Below, one piece after another: positions 1-8,743 of a stretch of 25,775 nt of DNA. A program made the translations under genes and the position numbers. This DNA comes from Candidatus Micrarchaeia archaeon (lineage in GTDB: Archaea; Micrarchaeota; Micrarchaeia; Anstonellales; Bilamarchaeaceae). The stretch covers positions 1 through 25,775 of the forward strand of contig JBKHJL010000012.1 in assembly GCA_046538155.1 (NCBI GenBank), read 5' to 3'. How positions within the stretch are numbered: position 1 is the first letter of the stretch; each line of letters begins with the position of its first letter. Below the pieces are notes generated by a model. The model was not told where the DNA came from. It did not search any database and saw nothing but the letters and a program-made list of their open reading frames with translations.

Positions 1-2169
1 CCCCCACTTCCCTCTACCGAGCACAATATTCCTTGCAAGCTTTGAGGATTTTGCAAGCGCCCTGCCCAGGCGCGTTTTGGGGGCGAAGCCATGCCGGTCA
101 AATCTGTCCTGCATAGCCAGGCGGATATACATTTCCACCTGGTTGTCGCCTTCTTTTATATATGCATAGCTCGCCTTGATATCCTCTTTTTCATCCCTCA
201 GCTTTTCAATGCCGTGCTGTATTCTCCCCGCGGAATCCTGCATCTTCTTGCGGTATTCCCTGTTTTTTCCTGCCTGCCTCAGGGCACGTACATACGCTTC
301 CCCACCTGTGAGCATCAGTGCGGCACGCGTTCCCAGTTCAGAACCCAGTTTTATTCTAGTGTTTCTTTTCTCCCCCCCCAACTCAAGAGATTCCTCCAGG
401 AACCCGAGGCCCTCCGCATGCATTTTTACTGCTTCGTCAATCACTCCTCGCAGGTATGCCTGGCTTTCTTTCTTGTTTTTTGCACTTAGTCCCTTAGCTT
501 CAACCCCCAATTTCTTTACATTTATGCTTGTGCTTGCGCGGTGCACTTCATAAGCGGCAACCCTTGCGGATTTTGCAAGCCTGAGGAGCTGTCTTGCCCG
601 CTGCAAATCCCCGGAATCCATGTCTTTTTTCCCCAGAAGTTTATTTGCTTTCTCCAGGTGCCCTGCCGCCTTTTCCAGCCAGCCGGCTACAATTTTTCTT
701 TGCTTTTCGGTGAGCTGCCTGTTCCGCCTTGCAAGCTCTTGCGCTTCAGAAGTAGTGTGCATTCCTGTTTCTTCAAGCCAACCGGCAAGATTTTCCTGCT
801 GGCTTTTTGTAAGTTCCCCTTTTGCGGCAAACTGTGCTTCCGCAGCTTCCTGCAGGGGAATGTTCTCCCCTGCTTCCATCCTGAGTTTAAACTTTTGCAG
901 CTCCATGGCCAGGGTTTCATTAGCTTTTTTCAATTCATTGATTCCTGCGTCTGTTTTGTCCAGGGTTCCCTGCGCCCTGCGCACATTTTCAATCAGCTCA
1001 GTGTGCAGGCCTATTTCCTCTTCTGCCTCCTTTTTACTGAGCCCGGCAATCCGGCGCACCCTTTTCTTCTGGCTTGCAATGGCCATTTTTTTCTGTTCCG
1101 GGGCCAGTGGAAGCCCGTTTATGTGTTCTTCAATTTTTTCCAGGTATTTTTCCCTTTCCCGTTTGTCCATTCCGCGTATCTGCCCAATAAGGGAAATCTG
1201 GATTTCCGAGTTTTCTATTTTTGTTTCGGCCTCCATCCGGAAGGTGTAAACAGCATCAGTAAACAGCAGGAGTTCATTTGCCCCCTTTACTGCTTCGCTT
1301 CCCGCACCTTTTTGGTGCACCATGGCAAGGGCCTGTTCTGCTGCGGCCTTTCTTTCCTGCTCCCACCCTATCAGCCTCTTTTTTTCTTTTGCCGAGAGGT
1401 GGGGGGATTCCTGCAGGTGGATTATCCGTATTTCTGCACCTGTAATTACTGCACCTGAGTTCAATTCCACATTGCTTTTCAGGTAAAGTGATTCGGCTTT
1501 TTTATCAAATATGGTTTTTGGTTTTTTTGCAATCTTTGGGGCCTGATTTATGAGCTTTTGGGTAAATTTGCGTTCTTTTACTTCCCCGGCCATGTTAAGT
1601 TCCGCAGTCCGCGTGAGGTGGGAACAGTATTCGCGGATGTATGCCGCTTTTTCCAGGTGGGCAGTTGCCTTTTTTAGGTTCCCGGCATCATATTGCCCGC
1701 CAGCCTCCTCCACTTCCTTTTCCAGAAGCGGGAGCAGCTTTCTGGCAGCCCTATATAATTTTGCGCTTTCCTCTGCCGCTTTCGCATAATTAAGCCATTT
1801 TTCTGCTGCTTCTGTTTTCCCCTCCTCTTTTTTGGCTTTTGCCCGCTCCCTTGCAAGCTTTGCTTCGGTTTCAAGGGATTTTGCCATTTCCCCTGCTTTT
1901 TTCAGGAAAACCTCATTTGCTGCTATAATTTCTTCAAACTGCCCTATTTGCTCCCCCAGGACGCCGGTTTCCTCCACTTCGCGCACAGCTTCCCCCTGTG
2001 CCTCCAGAATGAGATTTCCTGCTTCTTCTCCTGTTTCCTGCAAATTTCCTATGTTCGCAAGCGCATCTACTACTGCTTCATCACTGGTTGAAGCAATAAG
2101 TCGTGGTATTTCTTCAAGCTTCCCTGCTTCATCACTAATTTGGTCCCCGCGGAGTTTACTTGTACGCAC
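1..2169 (-). CDS. Large alpha-helical (coiled-coil/TPR-like) hypothetical protein, partial (runs off the left edge, >720 aa)
   Basis: Absent from the ORF track because it has no stop in the window. Manual translation of the minus frame shows no stop from 2175 to 1 (e.g. AEKWLNYAKAAEESAKLYRAARKLL...DAGNLKKATAHLEKA; KRLIGWEQERKAAAEQALAM). Composition is A/E/K/L-rich. A possible GTG start at 2169 lies 6 nt after a GGTGA SD-like motif; alternatively it is continuous with 2176..2436 across one TGA. Confidence 0.8.
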   Translation of the reverse strand, partial: MRTSKLRGDQISDEAGKLEEIPRLIASTSDEAVVDALANIGNLQETGEEAGNLILEAQGEAVREVEETGVLGEQIGQFEEIIAANEVFLKKAGEMAKSLETEAKLARERAKAKKEEGKTEAAEKWLNYAKAAEESAKLYRAARKLLPLLEKEVEEAGGQYDAGNLKKATAHLEKAAYIREYCSHLTRTAELNMAGEVKERKFTQKLINQAPKIAKKPKTIFDKKAESLYLKSNVELNSGAVITGAEIRIIHLQESPHLSAKEKKRLIGWEQERKAAAEQALAMVHQKGAGSEAVKGANELLLFTDAVYTFRMEAETKIENSEIQISLIGQIRGMDKREREKYLEKIEEHINGLPLAPEQKKMAIASQKKRVRRIAGLSKKEAEEEIGLHTELIENVRRAQGTLDKTDAGINELKKANETLAMELQKFKLRMEAGENIPLQEAAEAQFAAKGELTKSQQENLAGWLEETGMHTTSEAQELARRNRQLTEKQRKIVAGWLEKAAGHLEKANKLLGKKDMDSGDLQRARQLLRLAKSARVAAYEVHRASTSINVKKLGVEAKGLSAKNKKESQAYLRGVIDEAVKMHAEGLGFLEESLELGGEKRNTRIKLGSELGTRAALMLTGGEAYVRALRQAGKNREYRKKMQDSAGRIQHGIEKLRDEKEDIKASYAYIKEGDNQVEMYIRLAMQDRFDRHGFAPKTRLGRALAKSSKLARNIVLGRGKWG

Positions 2170-2175
2170 CCTGCT

Positions 2176-2436
2176 TCACCCTAAGCGCGTGCAGATTTCG
2201 TGGAATGCACCAAGCCCTTCAGCCATAACCATAAGGTCCTTTGCCTCTCCATAATCCTGCTGCCAATTTTCAAGCTCGTTTTTCCACTTAACCAGCTTCC
2301 GGAGGTTTTCCGGGATTTTTTTCCCTCTGAGTTTTGCAGAATTAAGTTTCAGGGCAATGTTTATGGATTTCAGGCTTTCCGCAACCTGCTTTTTCGTTTT
2401 CTTATCCAGATTCACAATTTTGTCATCAAGACCCAT
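2176..2436 (-). CDS. 86-aa helical hypothetical protein, or the N-terminus of the large ORF (same frame, separated by one TGA)
   Basis: ATG at 2436 with a TATA-like CTTAAATA about 22-29 nt upstream; same frame as the downstream giant ORF. Confidence 0.6.
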   Translation of the reverse strand: MGLDDKIVNLDKKTKKQVAESLKSINIALKLNSAKLRGKKIPENLRKLVKWKNELENWQQDYGEAKDLMVMAEGLGAFHEICTRLG

Positions 2437-2529
2437 AAAATAAAAGCGAAGAGCAGTTATTTAAGCTTTCTCCAGAACACGTGAACGCGCCCGCGCGCAT
2501 TTTAACTATTCCTCTACCCCTAATTTATT

Positions 2530-3036
2530 ATGAAAAACAGGGTACTGCGCAGCCTGCCCGGCAAAAACAGCCCGGAGCCGGACTTTTCGGGGCAAAGCAA
2601 TTTCAGGCATAAATCTGGAAAACCTTTCATTTCTGAAAAGCTTGCATTATTCATAATGTCCAGGATTGCGCACCTGGAGAACCGGCTTGTGGGGGACGGC
2701 TCCAGGTTCAGGGAGGAGGCCAGAGGGTTCATAAATACCCTGCTTAACAGCAACAAAAAAGTTTCTATAGGATGCCAAAACCTGAATGCGCCTAAAGACC
2801 TTACCATTACCCCATACATAGTCCTGGAATCCAAGGACCCTGAGCCCTTAAAGCAGAGAACCATAGATGCGCTTTCAGAAATCTGGGCAGGGTTTGCAAA
2901 GAAGGACCTGGAATTCCTTGGGAAAATGAGGGTAAAGTTTTTCCAGGGTATTCCCCTGTCTTCTGAAGAGCAGAAGAATCTGCTGATGATAAAGGAGTGC
3001 GGGAAGTTTTCCAGGTATTATGACAGGATAATGTAA
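2530..3036 (+). CDS. Hypothetical protein (168 aa)
   Basis: Protein-like ORF filling the gap; TTTTAA about 25-30 nt upstream of the ATG; no recognisable family. Confidence 0.7.
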   Translation: MKNRVLRSLPGKNSPEPDFSGQSNFRHKSGKPFISEKLALFIMSRIAHLENRLVGDGSRFREEARGFINTLLNSNKKVSIGCQNLNAPKDLTITPYIVLESKDPEPLKQRTIDALSEIWAGFAKKDLEFLGKMRVKFFQGIPLSSEEQKNLLMIKECGKFSRYYDRIM

Positions 3037-3110
3037 TTTTTGGAATGCTGCTTTGGACCTGACAGTAGCCTTTTTAAGAAGTTCATTCACAAATTCTTCC
3101 TACAAAATTC

Positions 3111-3183
3111 GGGACCGTGAGCCAACCTGGTAAGCTGCAAGCTTCGGGTGCTTGTTATCTGAGTTCGAATCTCGGCGGTCCCA
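3111..3183 (+). tRNA. tRNA-Pro (anticodon CGG), intronless, CCA not encoded
   Basis: Cloverleaf: acceptor GGGACCG/CGGTCCC, discriminator A, D arm AGC..GCT with TGG, anticodon stem CAAGC/GCTTG with loop TTCGGGT, T arm CTGAG-TTCGAAT-CTCGG. TTTTTAAG upstream. Confidence 0.95.
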
Positions 3184-3186
3184 ATC

Positions 3187-3193
3187 TTTTTTT
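3187..3193 (+). terminator. T7 tract after tRNA-Pro (archaeal-type terminator)
   Basis: Oligo-T run starting 4 nt after the discriminator base. Confidence 0.5.
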
Positions 3194-3365
3194 ACCGGAA
3201 ACCCAATGTCTTCCCGGCACAGTTCGTAGTTCCTTATTATAGAAAATTTTTGCAAAGCCGGAGCTACAAACTGTGGCTGCACGGAATCGCCAGCGCGGGT
3301 ACAGTGGAAAGCCAATGTCTTCCCGCTGCGTTATGTACCGCTATCGCGCACGCACCGGAAAGCCA
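3194..3365. repeat. Structured intergenic element (direct repeats plus hairpins); possible ncRNA or MITE-like remnant
   Basis: GGAAA(C/G)CCAATGTCTTCCCG at 3197-3216 and 3306-3325 (19/20 identical), partial third copy at 3357-3365. 16-bp inverted repeat at 3218-3233/3260-3275. A GGTACA/TGTACC stem encloses the second copy. Confidence 0.6.
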
Positions 3366-3408
3366 CCCCCCTTACCCTTTTAATTAACTTATTTCTAAAT
3401 CCTCCTTC

Positions 3409-5085
3409 ATGCTCACAGATATTATCAGAAAACACGCGCTCAAGAACCGGAAACAGTACGGGAACACAAACCCCAAATCTATAGTAGGAAAGGTGATTGC
3501 GGATTACCCTGATGCAAAAAAAGACATGAAAACGACAATGGGGGAAGCGGCCCGCGTCTGTGAAGAAGTGAATGCACTTTCCGAGGAGGAACTGGAGGAA
3601 GAGCTTTCCAAATACACTTTTGAAGAGAAAAAGAAGGAGGAGAGGGGGCTGGCACTACCCAATGCAGAAGAGGGAAAAGTGGTTACCCGGTTCCCGCCCG
3701 AACCCTCGGGCTACCCGCACATAGGGCACGCAAAAGCAGCATTCCTTGATTATGATGCAGCAATAAAATATGGGGGAAAAATGCTCCTCCGCTTTGATGA
3801 TACGAACCCGGAAAAGGAAAAGCCGGAGTATGTGGATGCGATAAAGGAGGGGCTGAAATGGCTTGGAATCAGGTGGGATGGGGAGGAGACATACACCTCG
3901 GACAATATGGAAAAGTTCTATTCTTATGCAGAAAATATGATTGAGGCCGGGAAAGCATATGTATGCACCTGCACTTCAGAAAAAGTAAAGGAAGGAAGGG
4001 AGCTTGGAAAGCCCTGCGCCTGCCGCACAATCTCCCATGAGGAACAGAAATCCCGCTGGAAAAGGATGGTTGAAGGGATTTATGGGGGCGGAGAGGCAGT
4101 TTTGCGCTATAAGGGAGACCTTACTTCTGAGAACACTGCGATGCGCGACCCTACCCTGTTCCGCATAATCCTTTTTGCGCATTACCGGCAGGGTGAACAG
4201 TTCCGCGTCTGGCCCTCCTATGATTTCGCAGGCCCCATAATGGATTCAATTGAGGGGGTTACCCATGCACTGCGTACAAAAGAGTATGAACTCCGCAAAC
4301 CCCTCTATTTTGCAATCCTCAGGGACCTGGGGCTAAGGGAACCCGAGCTTGTTGAGTTCGCCCGCCTTTCCATCAAAAACACGAAGGTGGGCAAGCGCCA
4401 CATAACTCCCCTTGTGAAAGAAGGGCTGGTTCATGGATGGGACGACCCCCGCCTTCCTACCCTCAGGGGCCTGAGGCGCAGGGGAATCCTCCCTGCCGCA
4501 ATCAGGAACTTTGTGCTTTCTTTCGGGCTCAAGAAAACCGAGAGCGAACCCGGATGGTCCAGGCTCCTTACTGAGAACCGCAGACTCCTGGACCCGGTTG
4601 CCCCACACTATTTTTTTGTGCCCAATCCGGTGAAAGTTAGGGTTGAGGGCGCGCCAAAGCGCACCGCAAAAATGAGGGTCCACCCGGATAAAGAGGAATA
4701 CAGGGAATATCCTGTAGGCGAAACTTTCTATCTTCCCCGTGCAGAAATAGAAGGAATGAAGGAAGGTGAGGTTTTCCGCCTCAAGGATCTCTACAATGTG
4801 CGGATAATTGAGAATATGGATATGGTGAAGGCAGGGTATGCGGGGGAGGAGCTCCGGGAAGGAAAAAAGCTCCAGTGGGTTTCCGAGCCGCTTGCCTGCG
4901 AGGTATGGAAACCCGGAGATCTTTTCCTGGGTGGAAACTACAATCCCAAGAGCATGGATGTTGAAAAAGGATATGCAGAAAAAGCGGTTGTTGGGCTGGA
5001 GCAGGGAACCATGGTGCAATTTGAAAGGTATGGGTTCTGCAGGCTGGACTCCAAAGAGCCCCTCAGATTCATATATTCCTGCTGA
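3409..5085 (+). CDS. gltX: Glutamate--tRNA ligase (archaeal type)
   Basis: VVTRFPPEPSGYPHIGH (HIGH motif), LRFDDTNP, YVCTC...CACR Zn site, RDP, PSYDFA, THALRTKEY, GWDDPRLPTL, C-terminal QFERYGF. Confidence 0.98.
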   Translation: MLTDIIRKHALKNRKQYGNTNPKSIVGKVIADYPDAKKDMKTTMGEAARVCEEVNALSEEELEEELSKYTFEEKKKEERGLALPNAEEGKVVTRFPPEPSGYPHIGHAKAAFLDYDAAIKYGGKMLLRFDDTNPEKEKPEYVDAIKEGLKWLGIRWDGEETYTSDNMEKFYSYAENMIEAGKAYVCTCTSEKVKEGRELGKPCACRTISHEEQKSRWKRMVEGIYGGGEAVLRYKGDLTSENTAMRDPTLFRIILFAHYRQGEQFRVWPSYDFAGPIMDSIEGVTHALRTKEYELRKPLYFAILRDLGLREPELVEFARLSIKNTKVGKRHITPLVKEGLVHGWDDPRLPTLRGLRRRGILPAAIRNFVLSFGLKKTESEPGWSRLLTENRRLLDPVAPHYFFVPNPVKVRVEGAPKRTAKMRVHPDKEEYREYPVGETFYLPRAEIEGMKEGEVFRLKDLYNVRIIENMDMVKAGYAGEELREGKKLQWVSEPLACEVWKPGDLFLGGNYNPKSMDVEKGYAEKAVVGLEQGTMVQFERYGFCRLDSKEPLRFIYSC

Positions 5086-5090
5086 TTATC

Positions 5091-7217
5091 ATGCTTGGAG
5101 AATACAATCCTGTAGAAGAGATTGAGCCCGCGCGCGAAGCCCAGTATGCAGATTATCCCCTCTCCCCAATAATAAAAAACGTGTTTTCCGGAAGGGGCAT
5201 AACCCACCTCTACCGCCACCAGGCAGATGGAATAGAATATGTAAAACAGGGAAAGAATGTAGTGGTTGTGGCCCCAACCGCGGGGGGAAAGAGCGAAGTT
5301 TTCCTGGTTCCTGCAGTGGAGTCTGCAATAAACGGGGACAATACCCTCCTCCTTTACCCCACAAAAGCCCTTGCACGGGACCAGCAGCTGAGATTCTCCG
5401 AATTTGCCCTTTATGGGGTCCGTGCAGAAACCTATGATGGAGATACTCCGCAGGGAAGAAGGGAAAAAATCCGCGCCCGGCCCCCGCAAATCCTTGTTTC
5501 CAATATGGATATGCTTCATTTTGTGCTTCTTAACAATCGCCTTTTTACAAAGTTCTTTGAAAATTTGAAGTATGTGGTCCTGGATGAAGTGCATATTTAT
5601 TCTGGTGTATTTGGGGCACATGCTTCAAATGTCCTCTGGAGGCTGAAGCGCCTGATGAAACGCAGATTCAAACGGGACCTCCAGTTCATTGCAACCTCTG
5701 CAACCGTGGGAAACGCAAAGGAATTTTCCGAGGGGTTGTGCGGGGAGGATTTTGTTCTTGTGGAAGGCAATTCATCTCCCCGCTCAGAATTTCACCACCT
5801 GCTGGTTTCTCCTCCTGAAAGCTATTCGGTTGCCGCCCTGCGCATTGCAGATGATATAGGGCGGAAGGCCCTGATATTCGGGAACTCCCATTCCCTGGTT
5901 GAACGGATGGGGCTGATGGCTTCCAGGATGAATATTCCCCTGGGGGTTTACAGGGCAGGGCTGCGCCAGGATGACCGCCGAAGGATAGAGTCTGATTTCA
6001 AGGAAGGAAGAATAAAGTACCTTGCAACCACTTCTGCCCTGGAACTGGGGATAGATGTGGGGGATACGGATGTAGTCGTGCTTGCAGGTTTTCCCGGAAC
6101 AATAACCAGGGTGCGCCAGCGCATAGGGAGGTGCGGCCGCAAGGGCCAGAAGGGTTACGGTGTTTTTGTTGCAAAAGAAAGTCCCCTGGACCAGTATTAT
6201 GTGGAAAACCCGGGCGAGTATCTGCACGGGGAGCCTGAGAACTGCTACATAAACCCAAAAAACGAAAATGTCTGCCGCCTCCATACCCTTTCCGCAGCAA
6301 AGGACCTGATGTTTTCCCCTGGGGAAATAGATGAAGAAACACTCAAAATAATTGAATCCCTGGAGGAAGAGGAGCTCATAAAGAAATGGGGGAATTTCTA
6401 TTCCACAACTAAAGAAGGGAGCAAGCGCGCCCGCCTCATAAACCTCCGCTCTGCAGGTGCATCTGTAAAAATATATAATTCCGAAACCGAAAAGCGAATC
6501 GGGGAAAGGGGAGTAGGGATGGCCATAAAGGAGCTTTTTGAAGGGGCAATTTACCTGCACGGAGGCCGACCCTACCTTTCCCAGAAACTGGACCTGGAGA
6601 AGCTGGAGGCATGGGTTGAACCGATGCACGGGCAGGTGGAGGAATACACTTCAGCACTGAGCAACAAGAGCGCGGAGGTTGTGCAGGAGCTCGCATCCCG
6701 CGAATGCCTTGGGCACAGGCTTTCATTCGGAAAGGTCCACATAACCGAGGAGGTATACGGATTCCTGGTAAAGGACATGTTCGGAGCAACAAGGATTGCG
6801 GAGCATACTTTTGAAACTCCCTATATATACGAGTATGATACTTATGCGCTCTGGCTGGACCTGGAGGATTTGGTTTATGATGTTCCTGAGTTTGGGGACG
6901 GGCTGCACGCCTTTGAGCATGTTTCCATTTCCATGATGCCTGCAATTACCGGGGCAGACCCCAAGGAGCTTGGAGGAATTTCTTATCCCTCCGGAAGGAT
7001 GTATGTGTATGATTCTGTTGAGGATGGAAACGGTGTTACCCAGGTGGTTTTCGGAAAGTTTGAGAAAATTGTACAGATGAGCAGGGACCGCCTTGGGAAA
7101 TGCCCTTGTGAAAAAGGGTGCCCCAAGTGCATTCTTGACCCGATGTGCGGGAACGATAACCGTTTTCTTAATAAGGAAAGCGGGAAAATGATTGCAGAAA
7201 AGCTCCTGGAAGATTAG
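5091..7217 (+). CDS. SF2 DEAD/DEAH helicase with C-terminal DUF1998 Zn-binding domain (MrfA/Hrq1/SftH family)
   Basis: LYRHQ Q-motif, PTAGGKS, YPTKALARDQ, DEVH, SAT, TSALELGID, QRIGRCGR, LHAFEH, C-terminal CPCEKGCPKC...C. Confidence 0.93.
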   Translation: MLGEYNPVEEIEPAREAQYADYPLSPIIKNVFSGRGITHLYRHQADGIEYVKQGKNVVVVAPTAGGKSEVFLVPAVESAINGDNTLLLYPTKALARDQQLRFSEFALYGVRAETYDGDTPQGRREKIRARPPQILVSNMDMLHFVLLNNRLFTKFFENLKYVVLDEVHIYSGVFGAHASNVLWRLKRLMKRRFKRDLQFIATSATVGNAKEFSEGLCGEDFVLVEGNSSPRSEFHHLLVSPPESYSVAALRIADDIGRKALIFGNSHSLVERMGLMASRMNIPLGVYRAGLRQDDRRRIESDFKEGRIKYLATTSALELGIDVGDTDVVVLAGFPGTITRVRQRIGRCGRKGQKGYGVFVAKESPLDQYYVENPGEYLHGEPENCYINPKNENVCRLHTLSAAKDLMFSPGEIDEETLKIIESLEEEELIKKWGNFYSTTKEGSKRARLINLRSAGASVKIYNSETEKRIGERGVGMAIKELFEGAIYLHGGRPYLSQKLDLEKLEAWVEPMHGQVEEYTSALSNKSAEVVQELASRECLGHRLSFGKVHITEEVYGFLVKDMFGATRIAEHTFETPYIYEYDTYALWLDLEDLVYDVPEFGDGLHAFEHVSISMMPAITGADPKELGGISYPSGRMYVYDSVEDGNGVTQVVFGKFEKIVQMSRDRLGKCPCEKGCPKCILDPMCGNDNRFLNKESGKMIAEKLLED

Positions 7218-7226
7218 CCCTTCTTT

Positions 7227-7511
7227 TTATTTTTTGCCTTGTCTCCTTCTCCCTCTTCCCCAGCGGGTTCCAAGCCTGCTAATCCTGTCATTCATTTTTG
7301 GCTCAGGTTCCCTGTTTCTTTTCCTTCCCCGGGAGTATTGTGGGGGCTCTTTTCCTTCAGGAGGAGTTACTTTTACGGGCACTGCATTTACACGTCCCCT
7401 TTCCCTCTCAGCATCAGGATTCCTTGGAACAAGAAACGGGTTTTTTTCCTCTGGTTCATTGTTCGGGGGCTCAGCCTTCTTTTTCCCCTTCTTCTGCACG
7501 GGTCCGCCCAT
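7227..7511 (-). CDS. Small basic, disordered hypothetical protein (94 aa)
   Basis: Fills the gap between the helicase and the DUF333 gene; K/R/P/E-rich; no family recognised. Confidence 0.5.
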   Translation of the reverse strand: MGGPVQKKGKKKAEPPNNEPEEKNPFLVPRNPDAERERGRVNAVPVKVTPPEGKEPPQYSRGRKRNREPEPKMNDRISRLGTRWGRGRRRQGKK

Positions 7512-7579
7512 AAGTCTGTTTGCACGTTCAGGAATAAAAGAATTGCAGAAAAAGAAAAAAGAAAAGAAATGAGGGCTGC

Positions 7580-8239
7580 CTACTCCTTCAGCATAAACCA
7601 GTAGGCAAGCACAACGATTATAATAATTACCACTAACGCAGGAACGAGGGGAAACTCTCCTTCTGCCGGAGCCGGTGCTTCTTCTTCAGGCTCTTCGGGT
7701 GCAGCAGGTTCCTCTTCTGCAGGTGCCTCTTCCTCAGCCGGAGGCTGCTCTTCTTCCCCTTCTGCAGGTGCCTCTTCTTCTGCAGGTGGCTGTTCCTCTT
7801 CTGCAGGTGGCTGCTCTTCCTCAGGCGGAGCAGGCTCCTCTGGCTCAGTTTCCTCAGGCGGGACTTCTTCTTCAGTCCCTTCTTCCCCGGGAGTTACACC
7901 TCCTTTCTCAAGGTCCATGAGTTCACTGATTGGGACTGCAGTCCCGTTTGCGAGGATACATGCACCGTATTCTGAGGTCCAGTTGCCCTCATCCTCCGTA
8001 ACTGTGGTTGTGCCGTATCCCTGCTGGGTGCAGTAGCTGTATTGCACACCAACTTTTCCCTGGAAGAATGACCAGGCATTCACTTCCTGACCGCTCGGGA
8101 GCTTGCACACTCCTTCTTCTCCATCAGGGCCTTCCACAGTTTTGTACTCATACCCTAATTCTTCACAGTATACTGCGGAGGGGTTTGCAAGGGAAAACAC
8201 AAATCCCATCAGCAGTATTGCAAGTATTAACCTCTTCAT
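7580..8239 (-). CDS. Secreted, membrane-anchored DUF333-domain protein
   Basis: Signal peptide MKRLILAILLMGFVFS; ANPSAVYCEELG...GVCKLPSG..NAW (DUF333) plus a second YC...C copy; acidic Pro/Glu stalk; C-terminal TM helix. Confidence 0.85.
   Translation of the reverse strand: MKRLILAILLMGFVFSLANPSAVYCEELGYEYKTVEGPDGEEGVCKLPSGQEVNAWSFFQGKVGVQYSYCTQQGYGTTTVTEDEGNWTSEYGACILANGTAVPISELMDLEKGGVTPGEEGTEEEVPPEETEPEEPAPPEEEQPPAEEEQPPAEEEAPAEGEEEQPPAEEEAPAEEEPAAPEEPEEEAPAPAEGEFPLVPALVVIIIIVVLAYWFMLKE
7675..7885 (-). repeat. Low-complexity coding repeats (EEEQPPA/EEEAPA)
   Basis: Recurrent CTTCTGCAGGTG units on the + strand encode the Pro/Glu/Ala stalk. Confidence 0.75.
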
Positions 8240-8296
8240 ACGTGCAGAATATAATGGGAGGTTTTAAAAAGTTGCGGATTTTGCACATTCCCTCAA

Positions 8297-8743
8297 TTAT
8301 ACTAATTCTGCAAGATCCTTCCCGTATTTTTCCGCTATTTCCCAGGAAACAGAATAAGATTTTGGGTTCTCATTGAAGAATGCAACCGGAATAAACTTCC
8401 ACCTGTACTGCATCCCCACCCCCTTTCTCCTTACTGCAAGAGCCGAATCATCCCCTTTTTCCACTTTCTGTTTTTTCCTTCTCCATGCCACATATGTGTC
8501 CATCCCTGTGGTTTCCTGCCATTTTTTCAGGTTTTCAAATTGCTCCCGGTCCAGGGAAAGGTGCTCAGACTCAAATGCCTTTGCCTCAACTACATACTGC
8601 TGTATTCCCCGAAAAGCGAGCAGGTCCGGGCTCAGCCCTGAGGTTCCGGAGCCCGCACCCCGGATGACCATGAAGCCCCGCTCAGAGAAAAACCGGATTA
8701 GCTCCCGTTCCGCACGTGCCCCCTTATGGTATGTTTTCACCAT
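8297..8743 (-). CDS. hjc: Archaeal Holliday junction resolvase Hjc
   Basis: YHKGARAERELI..F...GF.VIRGAGSG...PDLLA...VVEAK (E...PD...ExK nuclease signature). Confidence 0.92.
   Translation of the reverse strand: MVKTYHKGARAERELIRFFSERGFMVIRGAGSGTSGLSPDLLAFRGIQQYVVEAKAFESEHLSLDREQFENLKKWQETTGMDTYVAWRRKKQKVEKGDDSALAVRRKGVGMQYRWKFIPVAFFNENPKSYSVSWEIAEKYGKDLAELV

Noticed and set aside
1260..1410. Suspected compensating frameshifts in the giant ORF near homopolymer runs
   Set aside because: A codon-by-codon recount shows the frame is continuous (ESPHLSAKEKKRLIGWEQERK...).
2176..2178. Genome-wide TGA recoding or selenocysteine
   Set aside because: Conserved genes (gltX, ubiD, Mth938-like) end at TGA at their expected C-termini, and the context is not a redox motif.
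91..2254. Plus-strand ORFs 91..489, 176..553, 541..1458, 620..1249, 1550..1789 and 1832..2254
   Set aside because: F/S/L/C-rich antisense shadows of the long minus-strand coding frame.
3111..3183. tRNA as the attachment site of an integrated element
   Set aside because: No integrase, and I saw no duplicated tRNA 3' end in the window.
3100..3315. 71-aa minus-strand ORF
   Set aside because: Overlaps the tRNA and the structured element; not protein-like.
3197..3365. Repeats as a mini CRISPR array
   Set aside because: Only two full 20-nt copies and a partial third, with very unequal spacers (89 and 31 nt) and no cas genes in the window.
5091..7217. DUF1998 helicase as part of a DISARM/Druantia-type defence system
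   Set aside because: Standalone helicase-DUF1998 fusion directly behind gltX with no methylase, nuclease or other defence partners; fits the MrfA/Hrq1 repair family.
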